Positions 1 to 9,391 of a stretch of 64,000 nt of DNA are shown here, one piece after another. Position numbers and translations under genes: made by a program. How positions within the stretch are numbered: the stretch's first letter is position 1; each line of letters opens with the position of its first letter. The notes under the pieces were generated by a model. It did no database searches, was not told the DNA's origin, and saw nothing but the letters and a program-made list of their open reading frames with translations. The DNA is taken from contig SCTI01000001.1 in NCBI GenBank assembly GCA_004297735.1, positions 51,467-115,466 on the forward strand, in the 5' to 3' direction. Origin of the DNA: Patescibacteria group bacterium (GTDB lineage Bacteria; Patescibacteriota; Saccharimonadia; UBA4664; SCTI01).

Positions 1-67
1 CACCCAGTTTATGCACGAAGCGGCTCGCTACGTTATGGCTGAGCAGAAGAAAAATAATATTTCATAG
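1..67 (+). CDS. 3' end of an upstream gene (…TQFMHEAARYVMAEQKKNNIS*), truncated by the window edge
   Basis: Open frame from position 2 to TAG at 65-67; too short to identify. Confidence 0.4.
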   Translation, partial: TQFMHEAARYVMAEQKKNNIS

Positions 68-107
68 TTAAAAACAGAGAACCCACCGAAGTGAGTCCTC
101 GGTGGGT

Positions 108-557
108 CTAGGCGGTGGTGATGGTTGCTGCTGGGTCTGCGTTTGGCAGAGGGTCTTTCTTGCCGTCAACCCTAGCCTTGATTCGGGTGCATTTGTCGTC
201 GGCGTTGATGAACCAGTGACCGTGATGTAGGTCGGCGGCTCCCTTGCATAGCAGGGTATTGGTGGCATTGCCGCGCCGAACGTCGATCTTGTAGGTCACG
301 TAATCGTAATCCTCATGAGGATCGACGTCGTACCACCGTGGGTGATACTGCTCGATGAAGGCCAGCTTTTCGCGTTCATCGGCTTGAATCTGTGCTGCGT
401 GCTCTTGTTCGCTCGCCTCATCGCTGAGGTAGGGCGCGCGCATGATCAAGACGGCCATCACTATCGCTGTGCAAGCTACTCCAAACAGCAGGAGGATAGT
501 GCCCCTGTATTGACCCTGCGTATTCGGCTTTTGTCCGCTCGGATCCACTTTCACCAT
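108..557 (-). CDS. Orphan membrane-anchored hypothetical protein
   Basis: 149-aa ORF with one N-terminal TM helix; upstream TTGTAA-N17-TATTGT promoter; downstream hairpin at about 80-106. Confidence 0.7.
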   Translation of the reverse strand: MVKVDPSGQKPNTQGQYRGTILLLFGVACTAIVMAVLIMRAPYLSDEASEQEHAAQIQADEREKLAFIEQYHPRWYDVDPHEDYDYVTYKIDVRRGNATNTLLCKGAADLHHGHWFINADDKCTRIKARVDGKKDPLPNADPAATITTA

Positions 558-653
558 AGCTATCTCAGTTTCTATCTCACTCGAGCGTGGAGATCAGACG
601 CATCTGTAAAAGATTAGTAACAATACCATTAAGTTATATATTTTACAAGTAGA

Positions 654-673
654 AGGCCCGCCGAAGCGGGCCT
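654..673 (-). terminator. Intrinsic terminator-like hairpin with UUCG loop
   Basis: AGGCCCGC-TTCG-GCGGGCCT on the minus strand just after the stop of 678..1079. Confidence 0.7.
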
Positions 674-677
674 GTAA

Positions 678-1079
678 TCACTCAATGTGCCAGTTGGTCA
701 GTAGGCCGGTGTACCACTCATCGTTGTCGACAATCCACTTGGCGAACGTAACAATGTCGATGTGGCTGAAGTCCATGGTGTCAACAATTGGGGACAAGGT
801 GCTCAGTACGGCAAACCGAAGGAAGTCCTTGATCACCTCTCGGCAGGCCGGGTGGGCAAAGAAGGCTTTCAGCTCCTCCTCGCGCGGATGAAACTCGGTG
901 ACTTCTGGTGGCGACAGAATGCTGACTTCTTGCTCCGGGTGCTCCTTGGCGACCCGAATTGCGTCTTTCGCTCGATTGAGGGCCTCTTCCCCGCCTTCCG
1001 GGAACTGAGCCGGGTGAGTCTCGGCTCGTCGAATCAGTAGCTCAAGATCTTCAACCGAAATAGTGACAGCTTCAGTCAT
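678..1079 (-). CDS. Orphan hypothetical protein
   Basis: ORF MTEAVTIS…; its start overlaps the stop of the upstream gene, suggesting translational coupling. Confidence 0.65.
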   Translation of the reverse strand: MTEAVTISVEDLELLIRRAETHPAQFPEGGEEALNRAKDAIRVAKEHPEQEVSILSPPEVTEFHPREEELKAFFAHPACREVIKDFLRFAVLSTLSPIVDTMDFSHIDIVTFAKWIVDNDEWYTGLLTNWHIE

Positions 1080-1464
1080 TGTTATCGTCTTTCTGTGGGT
1101 ATTGGCTTTCAATTAGCTGATCAAGCTGGGCTATCTCGCCTTGGAGCTGTGTGGACGGCACGAGAAAGTAGACCCAGACGCCATGGCCCTTTTGGGCGCT
1201 TGAACGACCAAACTCCTTACGTCGGTCAAGAATCCCTTTGTGACGAAGCAGTTCAAGGGTTTGATAGGTGGTTTGCCAGCTCCATACCTTAAAGCCGGTC
1301 TCTCCATAGATGACATCGGTTTCTTCGTTTGGGTAGCCGCGGTTGCTGCCGTGTAGGACTGGGACTTCAGCGTGCAGTTCTGAGGCGGTCATATCCCGGC
1401 CATCCATCATTTCTAGAATGATGCTGCTCCGCTCTTCACTCGACATGCTCTGACGGCTTGCCAT
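1072..1464 (-). CDS. Orphan winged-helix-like protein
   Basis: MASRQS… start after GAGG; pattern IILEMMDGRDMTASEL…TTYQTLELLRHKGILDR…VYFL resembles a wHTH with an insertion. Confidence 0.6.
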   Translation of the reverse strand: MASRQSMSSEERSSIILEMMDGRDMTASELHAEVPVLHGSNRGYPNEETDVIYGETGFKVWSWQTTYQTLELLRHKGILDRRKEFGRSSAQKGHGVWVYFLVPSTQLQGEIAQLDQLIESQYPQKDDNND

Positions 1465-1531
1465 TTTGACCTCGGTGCTCGTAGTTGTACGCACATCTGT
1501 TATAACACGCTTAAATGGTAGAATATAGTCA

Positions 1532-3019
1532 ATGAAAGTTACCGAAGCGGTTAAGGAAAAGTTAAAACAACTTCCCAAGGAGCCCGGCGTCTACTTTATG
1601 AAGGACGAGGCGGGGAAGATTATTTACATTGGCAAGGCGGCGATTTTAAAGAACCGAGTCAGTTCATATTTCCAGACTCGCAAGGATCGTGACGTAAAGA
1701 CCGAGATCTTGGTAGGCAAGATTGCCAACTTGGACTGGATAACGGTTGATAGTGAGGTTGAGGCGCTCTTTTTGGAGTCCGAGTTCATTAAGCGCTACAT
1801 GCCGCAGTACAACATCGACCTGCGTGATGATAAGCATTTTTTGTACATCCGGATTCCGATGAAGGATGAGTGGCCGGTGATTAGTTTTGTGCGCCGCCCG
1901 CTGGATGATGGAGCCGATTACTTTGGGCCGTACACTGGTGGCGGTGACGCGATCCGCAAGGCGATGCGTCAGCTGCGCAAGGTGTTCCCGTACGTGACTC
2001 ACCCAGTGAGCCCAATGCCTAAGCGGGGTTGCTTGCAGTTCCATTTGGGATTGTGTCCGGGGCCGGAGGAGAACGCAATTAGCTCGAGTGATTATAAGCG
2101 TAGTCTACGCCGGCTAATGATGTACTTTCGCGGTGAGAAAACCAAGTTGATGAAAGATCTTGAAAAGGAGATGCAGCAGGCGGCCAAAAAGAAGGATTTT
2201 GAGTTGGCCGGGGAGCGGCGAGATCAGCTGCGGAATTTGGAAGCGCTGGGTAGGCAGATGATATTTGGTGACAAGGAGACCTTTGATCTGACGCTGGACC
2301 AGGCTCTGGTTGGCTTGTCGGATCGATTGGGCCTTAAAGGGATGCCACGGCGGATGGAGGCCTATGATATCTCGCATTTTCAGGGCACCGACAACGTGGC
2401 CAGTATGGTGGTGTTTCAAGATGGGGTGCCGAACAAGGAGGAGTATCGTCGGTTCAAGATGCGAGTTCCCGGTAATGACGATTTTGCTCACATGCGCGAG
2501 GTGATTCGGCGGCGGTTTAGCGGTAAGAACCTGGAGAAATGGCCAAAGCCCGATTTGGTGTTAATTGACGGTGGTAAGGGGCAGCTGGGGGCTGCACTGG
2601 GTGTGATGGATGAGCTGGGAATTGATATTCCGGCAATTGGTTTAGCTAAGCGCGAGGAAGAGATTATTCGCCGAGGCGATGGTTCTCGGATTGATCCGGA
2701 TAAGGCCGGTGACGAAAGGTGGGTGGAGCAGCATGTTAAGTACGAGCTGATTGTGTTGCCGCATAGTTCGCACGTGTTGCAGTTGCTACAGCGGATTCGC
2801 GACGAAGCGCACCGGTTTGCGGTGACCTACCATAGCCTGCTGCGTGGTAAGCGGCAGACCAGCTCGCTACTAGATGGTATCCCGGGCGTGGGGCCGGCAA
2901 CTCGAAAACTACTAGTTAAACGATTTGGCAGCGTGGCTGGGGTTAAGCAGGCTAGTTTTGAGGAGTTGGTCGCGGCGGTTGGTCGATCGCGAGCCGAGTC
3001 AATATCGCGCCATTTATGA
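1532..3019 (+). CDS. uvrC: Excinuclease ABC subunit C
   Basis: GIY-YIG N-terminus (PGVYFMKD…IIYIGKA), UVR domain, RNase H-like EAYDISH and DGGKGQ motifs, C-terminal HhH (GIPGVG). Confidence 0.97.
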   Translation: MKVTEAVKEKLKQLPKEPGVYFMKDEAGKIIYIGKAAILKNRVSSYFQTRKDRDVKTEILVGKIANLDWITVDSEVEALFLESEFIKRYMPQYNIDLRDDKHFLYIRIPMKDEWPVISFVRRPLDDGADYFGPYTGGGDAIRKAMRQLRKVFPYVTHPVSPMPKRGCLQFHLGLCPGPEENAISSSDYKRSLRRLMMYFRGEKTKLMKDLEKEMQQAAKKKDFELAGERRDQLRNLEALGRQMIFGDKETFDLTLDQALVGLSDRLGLKGMPRRMEAYDISHFQGTDNVASMVVFQDGVPNKEEYRRFKMRVPGNDDFAHMREVIRRRFSGKNLEKWPKPDLVLIDGGKGQLGAALGVMDELGIDIPAIGLAKREEEIIRRGDGSRIDPDKAGDERWVEQHVKYELIVLPHSSHVLQLLQRIRDEAHRFAVTYHSLLRGKRQTSSLLDGIPGVGPATRKLLVKRFGSVAGVKQASFEELVAAVGRSRAESISRHL

Positions 3020-3032
3020 TATTATTAAAGCC

Positions 3033-3404
3033 ATGAGCGCACCTGTAGTTTACGTAATTGATGATGATACCGCCCTGCGCACAGCTTACGCTTCGGCGTT
3101 ACACAAGCTGGGTCTGGAGGTTGAGACCGGTACCGATGGTCTTGAGGCTAAGGAGCTGGTTCAAAAGGCGACACCCGACATCATGCTTCTTGATATGTTG
3201 ATGCCAAACATGGACGGTTTAACCTTTTTGCATTATTTGCGGGAACACGCTAAATATGACGATGTTTTGGTAGTGGTGGCCAGTAATTTTCCGACCATGC
3301 CAGAACTGGACGGCTTGAGGGTATCGAAGTTTCTGCCAAAGCAAAAACACACACCAGAACAGGTGGCCGAAGCCGTAGCGGAAATTGTAAAGGCCAAGGT
3401 ATGA
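3033..3404 (+). CDS. Single-domain response regulator receiver (CheY-like)
   Basis: VIDDD, PDIMLLDMLMPNMDG and FLPK motifs; leaderless-type start. Confidence 0.9.
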   Translation: MSAPVVYVIDDDTALRTAYASALHKLGLEVETGTDGLEAKELVQKATPDIMLLDMLMPNMDGLTFLHYLREHAKYDDVLVVVASNFPTMPELDGLRVSKFLPKQKHTPEQVAEAVAEIVKAKV

Positions 3405-3769
3405 TTCGAACCTTCTTGCTGCGCTGGATGATAAACTTTTTAGGTTTGTGGGCGGCCGCCTCAATCCTTTCGGGAGTGAACTACCAGGGGGAGATTCAGG
3501 TGGTGGTAATTGCGGCTCTAATTTTTTCGATCATCAATGCTTTTATTCGCCCTTTGGTGGTTTTACTGGCGCTACCGGCCATTGTGTTGACATTAGGGCT
3601 CTTTACCTTGGTGGTAAATGCCTTTATGCTGTATCTGGTTACAGTATTTTACGATTCGTTCCAGGTTAGCTCGTTCTGGCAGGCCCTAGTGGCTGTTGGC
3701 ATTGTCTGGATCGTCAACTATCTGTTCACTGATTTAATTGAAGGAGGCAAGCGTGCGAACGCTGTTTAA
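3401..3769 (+). CDS. Phage holin family / YvlD (DUF360) membrane protein
   Basis: Four TM helices, INAFIRP…LP…LTLGLFTLVVNA motif. Confidence 0.88.
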   Translation: MIRTFLLRWMINFLGLWAAASILSGVNYQGEIQVVVIAALIFSIINAFIRPLVVLLALPAIVLTLGLFTLVVNAFMLYLVTVFYDSFQVSSFWQALVAVGIVWIVNYLFTDLIEGGKRANAV

Positions 3770-3977
3770 CTACATTAGCGTTATTTCGGGGCTATTGATG
3801 ATTGCGACCATTTTGTTGCAACAGCGTGGCTCAAGCCTGGGAGCTGGTTTTGGTGGTGGCGATACCGCTCTTTACCAAACCAAGCGAGGCGCCGAGAAGG
3901 TGTTTTATTACAGCACCATCTTTTTAGCGGTTATCTTTGTGGTATCGGTAGTGTTAAGTATTTTGGCTAAACGCTAA
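3753..3977 (+). CDS. secG: Preprotein translocase subunit SecG
   Basis: ILLQQRGSSLGAGFGG…TKRGAEK, two TM helices; GTG start after GGAGG. Confidence 0.93.
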   Translation: MRTLFNYISVISGLLMIATILLQQRGSSLGAGFGGGDTALYQTKRGAEKVFYYSTIFLAVIFVVSVVLSILAKR

Positions 3978-3986
3978 AACCAAGCT

Positions 3987-5744
3987 ATGCTCACCTATCT
4001 CAAGTTTAAATGGCAACGAGTGGCTCGTAGGTGGTGGCGCAACGGCTTAAAGTCGATCACCACCGGTCGGGCCTACCTGCGATATCGAGTGTGGGGACGC
4101 TGGCAGCAGCTAGCCATGATTCGCCGCTTTGTGGTGGTTTGGTGGGCGATAGTTTTGGTTTGCGGCGTGGGTCTGTTGTGGCAGACGCGTCACGTGGTGG
4201 CCGAAAGCGCGGTGTTAAAGCCGTTAGCCGGCGGACGCTATACCGAGGCGGTGTTTGGGGATATGACAACAATCAATCCGATTCTGCCAACCACTAGCGC
4301 TGGGTCTGATGCCAGTCGCTTGGTGTTTAACGGCTTGACCGCTTTTAACACGCAGGGGGAGCTTAAGGGTGACTTAGCCGAACGCTGGGATGTTAGCCCG
4401 GACGGCAAAACCTATACCTTCCACTTACGCCAGGGCGTAACTTGGCACGATGGGGTGCCGTTTACATCGCAAGATGTGTTGTTTACACTAACCGCGATTC
4501 AGAACCCCGATACGCGTTCGCCGCTGGCCCCAACCTGGAAGGGTGTTACCGCCGAGGCGCCCGATGATCAAACGGTGGTGTTTAAGCTGCCCAAGCCGTA
4601 TACGCCTTTTGTTAACGCTACTACCGTTGGTATTTTGCCGCGGCATAGCTTGGAGCGGACCGAACCGCGGCTGCTGCGAATCAGTGATTTTAATCAGCAC
4701 CCAATCGGAACCGGTCCGTACCGAGTCCGCCAGCTGTATGCCGAGCGAGGAGAGCTAGAGCTGCAGGCTAATGGTGATTACTTTAAGGGTCAGCCCTACA
4801 TCCAAGCCATAGTCCTGCGTAGCTATGAGAGTTCTGATGATGCGCTCCAGGCCTACCGCCGCCGTCAGGTTATGGGCATTGCTCAGCTGCGCCCCGGACA
4901 GGTGTCAGAGGCCGCCGAAACAGGTACGCTTAAGCTGCACGAAGCCGGTGTTCCCGACAGAGTGGGAGTCTTCTTTAAAACTAAAAGCGGTATTACGTCA
5001 GATAAGGCGGTGAGAGCGGCATTAGCGCTGGCTACCGACCGGGGAGAGATCGTTAAGAACGAGTTTGACGGCTACGCCAGTACGGCTAGCAGCCCTTTAA
5101 TTGCTCCTAAAATGAGCTCGGTTGGCTTGGCTCAGCCTTCTCGCACCAATATTGAGGCGGCCAAAGCCAGTTTAGAGGCGGCCGGCTGGAAGGTTGGTGC
5201 CGATGGTGTAAGAACCAAAAACGGTCAGCCTTTGACGCTTAAGCTGGTTACTCAGTCACAAACCGCCTATGGCGCGGTAGCTCATCGGCTGCAAGAGCAG
5301 TGGCGGGCGGCAGGAGTAAAGCTGGAGGTAGAGGAGGTGTCGGCCGAAACCCTGCAACAAAGCCATATCCGCCCGCGCAACTACGATGTTTTACTCTACG
5401 CCATTAATCTTGGTGCCGACCCCGATGTTTATGCTTTTTGGCACAGCTCGCAGGCGGCTGACCCGGGCCTCAACCTGTCGACCTACAATTCGAAAACCGC
5501 CGATGCGGCCCTGGAGGCCGGCCGGATCGTGCGCGACGGCCCAACCCGCGCGGCCAAATACCGCAACTTTATTCAAGCTTGGGTCCAAGACACGCCGGCG
5601 ATTATGCTGTACACGCCTACATACATATACGCGGTTGATCGGGAGGTTAGGGGGATCGACATCAAGCGATTGGTCTACCCGTCGGATCGGTTTGACCAAG
5701 TTGAGCGGTGGTCGGTTCGGGTTCAGCCGGTCGCAGCCCGTTAG
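3987..5744 (+). CDS. Peptide ABC transporter substrate-binding protein (family 5, OppA/AppA-like)
   Basis: LAERWDVSPDGKTYTFHLRQGVTWHDG and PIGTGPY motifs; N-terminal TM anchor. Confidence 0.93.
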   Translation: MLTYLKFKWQRVARRWWRNGLKSITTGRAYLRYRVWGRWQQLAMIRRFVVVWWAIVLVCGVGLLWQTRHVVAESAVLKPLAGGRYTEAVFGDMTTINPILPTTSAGSDASRLVFNGLTAFNTQGELKGDLAERWDVSPDGKTYTFHLRQGVTWHDGVPFTSQDVLFTLTAIQNPDTRSPLAPTWKGVTAEAPDDQTVVFKLPKPYTPFVNATTVGILPRHSLERTEPRLLRISDFNQHPIGTGPYRVRQLYAERGELELQANGDYFKGQPYIQAIVLRSYESSDDALQAYRRRQVMGIAQLRPGQVSEAAETGTLKLHEAGVPDRVGVFFKTKSGITSDKAVRAALALATDRGEIVKNEFDGYASTASSPLIAPKMSSVGLAQPSRTNIEAAKASLEAAGWKVGADGVRTKNGQPLTLKLVTQSQTAYGAVAHRLQEQWRAAGVKLEVEEVSAETLQQSHIRPRNYDVLLYAINLGADPDVYAFWHSSQAADPGLNLSTYNSKTADAALEAGRIVRDGPTRAAKYRNFIQAWVQDTPAIMLYTPTYIYAVDREVRGIDIKRLVYPSDRFDQVERWSVRVQPVAAR

Positions 5745-5796
5745 GGTATAGCTCTAGCCGACAAAATAGGGTATAGTGGTGAGTCGTAGCCACCAA

Positions 5797-5882
5797 GGGC
5801 GAGTGGTGAAATGGTAGACACGCTAGATTCAGGTTCTAGTGAGCGCAAGCTCGTGGAGGTTCAAGTCCTCTCTCGCCCACCA
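5797..5882 (+). tRNA. tRNA-Leu(CAG)
   Basis: GGGCGAG/CTCGCCC acceptor, CTAGA-TTCAGGT-TCTAG anticodon arm, long variable arm, TTCAAGT T-loop, encoded CCA. Confidence 0.97.
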
Positions 5883-5936
5883 TTGCACTTATGCTTACCG
5901 TGTGAGATTATTTGAAATAATAAACATGGTTGCCAA

Positions 5937-6641
5937 ATGCTAAGAAAACAAAATGGGTTTACGGCCGTAGAAGGCGTCTTAGTAGTGTTGCTAATTGTAG
6001 CGATCGGCGCCGCCGGCTACTTTGCTTACCAAGTCAGAACTCAATCATCCGATCCAACCAGCCAGTCGCAGCCAAAAGCTAAAGCGGCACCCAAGGTCGA
6101 GCTAACGACTTATAGCTCAAAAACAATGCCTGGTGTCAGCTTTCAATATCCGCAAAACTGGAAGGTTGAGGAGAAAGTTGCCGGCGACCCAGGGAATGAG
6201 GGTGATGTTCCGTCTGCCGAAAAACTTACTCTAAGTAGTCCATCAGGAGCGGTTAAACTTACTTGGACTTCTGGGCTTGTTGGTATCGGCGGAGCTTGTA
6301 ATGATGGCTCCTATCCCGGTGATGATTTAGCTCTGTGCACCCTATATGAAGTTATTAACAGCCATAAGCTAAAAAATGCCAACCTATACTCTGTATCAGG
6401 TGTTTACACGCAGGTTGGCGATAGCCCGACGGCCTACCTGGCCATACAGGCAAGTGATGGCGTCATTAAGACGCGCCGCAGCTTTTCGGGCGAGTTAGTT
6501 AGCGGCGGCGAGGCGGGGGCTTACATGCTGGTAGTGTCACCTGTAGCAAAGTCTGCTACCAAGGCCGAGGCAGAGGCTGCACTCAAGAGTAGCGACATGG
6601 TTACCGGCCAAGCCATTATCGATTCATTTACTAAAAAGTAA
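5937..6641 (+). CDS. Pilin-like exported protein with class III (prepilin) signal and PsbP-like region
   Basis: QNG|FTAVEGVLVVLLI prepilin cleavage motif; SFQYPQNWKV. Confidence 0.75.
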   Translation: MLRKQNGFTAVEGVLVVLLIVAIGAAGYFAYQVRTQSSDPTSQSQPKAKAAPKVELTTYSSKTMPGVSFQYPQNWKVEEKVAGDPGNEGDVPSAEKLTLSSPSGAVKLTWTSGLVGIGGACNDGSYPGDDLALCTLYEVINSHKLKNANLYSVSGVYTQVGDSPTAYLAIQASDGVIKTRRSFSGELVSGGEAGAYMLVVSPVAKSATKAEAEAALKSSDMVTGQAIIDSFTKK

Positions 6642-6733
6642 ATTTTAAAAGGCCCGACCTCCAAAAAGACTTGACACCACAAATAGTGGGTGTAGGGTAA
6701 ACGTAAGCACTATAAAATAAAAAGTTGCTATAA

Positions 6734-9076
6734 ATGCCCAAAAAATCAACAGGACTACTTAGAAGACGGCGATTTCGCAAGCGTGATCTGTTGTTCGTGG
6801 CGGCATTATTTTCGCTGGTTGGCATGCTGGCAATTATTAGCACCTTTGCAGCCACCTTTACTACGGTTGAGGCCGGCACTCTAAAGTACAACAAAGTAGC
6901 TAATATTGCTGGTCAAAACGGCGGCAGAGCGGCAGCCATGTACTGGGGCGCTACCGGCACCGGCAATGTTAGTTTGCCCACCAAAACTACCAGTGTAACG
7001 GTTTACGCTCGCGGCGATCAGTGTCAGGGCGCTCCGCAGATGACGTTAACGATTGACGGTCAACAGGTGGCTAACCAGGCGGTTACCGCCACCGGGTGGA
7101 AGGCTTACACCGTACCGGTAAATATTGAGGCCGGCAGTCATGCGCTAGCGGTTGGGTTTACCAATGATGCGGTGGTGGCAAATGGCAACAAAAACAACGT
7201 CACGACCTACTGCGATCGTAACCTGTACGTTGACCGTTTAGTATTTACCGGCCTGGACAAGCCGGCCACCTTAAGCACCAATGTAGAGGCGGAAATAATG
7301 AGCTCAAACTTGAGTCAGGTGGTAGATGGCTCGGTTAAGGACGGTAAGGCTCGAGCCTTTTACCAAAACGCGACTGCCAGTACCGGTGTGATACTGCCAA
7401 ACGCGGTCAACCAGATCAAGCTGGTAGCTAAGGGTGATCAGTGCCAGGGCGCACCAAACGTAAAGGTGACGGTTGATGGTAAGTCGGTGGTTAGTCGAGC
7501 CGTTACGGGGCGAAACTGGGGTGAGTATGTCTCGACGGTTAACATTCCAGCCGGTAGCCACAAGGTTGGCATTGAGTTTACCAATGATGTTTATATTGCC
7601 GCCACGCGCTGTGATCGCAACCTGTACGTTGACCGCTTGGTACTAACCGGACCGGCACCGGCACCAAAACCTCCAGTGGCTCAACCAGCCGCTAGTAAGC
7701 CGCCGACACCAACGGTGCCAACCACTCCAGCCGCTCAATCGGTAGCAACCTACAGCCCAACGGCACCGTATACCATCATCATGATTGGTTGGCGGCCGTA
7801 CGAAAAAGAGTATGCCCAGCTGGCGAATACCAAGACCAACTTGGTTTATCGATCGATTGAACGTACACCAAACGGCCAAGGCAAGTGGCCCAAGCTGGAT
7901 CAGTGGGAGGCAGCCAACTACCGTTACTACAACAATGTGGCTGGATCCGACTGGGCTTCGAGCGGGGCCGGTGGTGCCTGTAAGAACATCAACCTGGCCT
8001 ACATGGACCAGCGTTACAGCGACGAGTTGCTCCAGCGTAAAGGCAATATTGGCTACTATATGCACGAGATGGTGGCGCTGAATGCGGCTTGTAACGGCTG
8101 GAACTGGACGGCGGCGGCTCAATCAATCGACTGGGCCAGGATTAACAACTGGATGCTGCAAGCTAAGGCGCAAAACAAAAAGGTGATATGGTCGGAGCCG
8201 GCTCAGGGCTGGAACGCCATCCGCTCAAACCCGACCTTCCAGGCGGTAGCGCCGTACTGGAAAGAGTCAATGGTGCCAATGTTTGCCACCAACTTCCGCA
8301 CCCCATCTTTCAATCATGTGCCATACGCTCGCGATGGAGCCACGGCGGTGGCGCGACAGTTTGGCACCCCAGTAGGTGAAAGCGTGCAGTCCTGGTACTT
8401 CCGTGAAGGCTACAACGACTTAACCACCAGTGCTACGGTCGGCTTGGCCAACTACGGGCTAGAGGTTGGTTCAACCTATTACCAAATTGAAGGTACCTAT
8501 GGCGATATGGCTTGGGGCACCGACTACATGAAGGGCATTCTGGCCTTTAGCAAAACATTAGGTCCGGCCGGCAGCCCGGTGCCTGCTCCCGTGGTGGTTG
8601 TGCCTCCGGTGGCGGCGTCGCAGTCAACCGTCGCTAAAAAGCCGCTCTACCAGCTTTGGAACAACGTTACTTCGGACCACATGTACACCACTAGCGAGAC
8701 CGAAAAGAATCAACTTATTGCCACTAAAGGTTACGTCGACCAAGGTATCGCCGGGTACGTTTACGAAAAATCGGTACCAGGCAGCGTACCGCTATATCGC
8801 CTTTATTCGGCTAATTTAACCGATCACTTTTACACCAACAGCGAAACCCAGCGCAGCCAGGCTAAAGCCGGCGGCGGCCGGTATGTCGATGAGGGTATAA
8901 CCGGGTACGTTATGACCAGCCAGGTATCTGGTACCACACCACTGTACCAACTTTATAGCGGCGGGTATCCGGATCACTTTTACACCACTCAAACCTGGTC
9001 GCGTGATAGCGCCAAAGCCTCGTTCCGCAAGTATGTTGAGCAGGGCAATGCCGGCTACGTCTTTGTTAAACCCTAG
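6734..9076 (+). CDS. Secreted multidomain protein: two CBM-like repeats, Pro-rich linker, unknown central domain, C-terminal DUF5648-like repeats
   Basis: Signal/TM; two copies of GDQCQGAP…F.ND…CDRNLYVD; three LY.LY…DH(F/M)YT…GY repeats. Confidence 0.8.
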   Translation: MPKKSTGLLRRRRFRKRDLLFVAALFSLVGMLAIISTFAATFTTVEAGTLKYNKVANIAGQNGGRAAAMYWGATGTGNVSLPTKTTSVTVYARGDQCQGAPQMTLTIDGQQVANQAVTATGWKAYTVPVNIEAGSHALAVGFTNDAVVANGNKNNVTTYCDRNLYVDRLVFTGLDKPATLSTNVEAEIMSSNLSQVVDGSVKDGKARAFYQNATASTGVILPNAVNQIKLVAKGDQCQGAPNVKVTVDGKSVVSRAVTGRNWGEYVSTVNIPAGSHKVGIEFTNDVYIAATRCDRNLYVDRLVLTGPAPAPKPPVAQPAASKPPTPTVPTTPAAQSVATYSPTAPYTIIMIGWRPYEKEYAQLANTKTNLVYRSIERTPNGQGKWPKLDQWEAANYRYYNNVAGSDWASSGAGGACKNINLAYMDQRYSDELLQRKGNIGYYMHEMVALNAACNGWNWTAAAQSIDWARINNWMLQAKAQNKKVIWSEPAQGWNAIRSNPTFQAVAPYWKESMVPMFATNFRTPSFNHVPYARDGATAVARQFGTPVGESVQSWYFREGYNDLTTSATVGLANYGLEVGSTYYQIEGTYGDMAWGTDYMKGILAFSKTLGPAGSPVPAPVVVVPPVAASQSTVAKKPLYQLWNNVTSDHMYTTSETEKNQLIATKGYVDQGIAGYVYEKSVPGSVPLYRLYSANLTDHFYTNSETQRSQAKAGGGRYVDEGITGYVMTSQVSGTTPLYQLYSGGYPDHFYTTQTWSRDSAKASFRKYVEQGNAGYVFVKP

Positions 9077-9363
9077 TTAGTTTTATCGGAGTCTTTCGGT
9101 TTGTCTTTGTCTGGACGATGGATTTGTACGTCTTGCTTTAACGCCTTGGTGGCCTGCTGGGCCATACGTTCAATATGGTTGCGTGTGTGATGCAGCCAGC
9201 GCCGGGCCCATTCAAACTCAAGCGCTAAAATAGCCAAGCCGGCAGCTATCACCACAAAGCCGGGACCGGGCAGGGGGATTAGGGCAATTCCGATGGCAAT
9301 AACCGGTATGCCAATGGTTAAAATTAGGATTCGCTTGCTAAACTGATAAATTCGCCTGCGCAT
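9073..9363 (-). CDS. PGPGW-domain small membrane protein
   Basis: GIALIPLPGPGFVVIAAGLAILALEFEWARRWL. Confidence 0.85.
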   Translation of the reverse strand: MRRRIYQFSKRILILTIGIPVIAIGIALIPLPGPGFVVIAAGLAILALEFEWARRWLHHTRNHIERMAQQATKALKQDVQIHRPDKDKPKDSDKTN

Positions 9364-9391
9364 AGCTGTATTGTATCGTATAATACAGCTT

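Noticed and set aside
3401-3769. Holin-family gene as evidence of a prophage
   Set aside because: This family is a common chromosomal membrane protein, here in housekeeping context before secG, with no phage genes nearby
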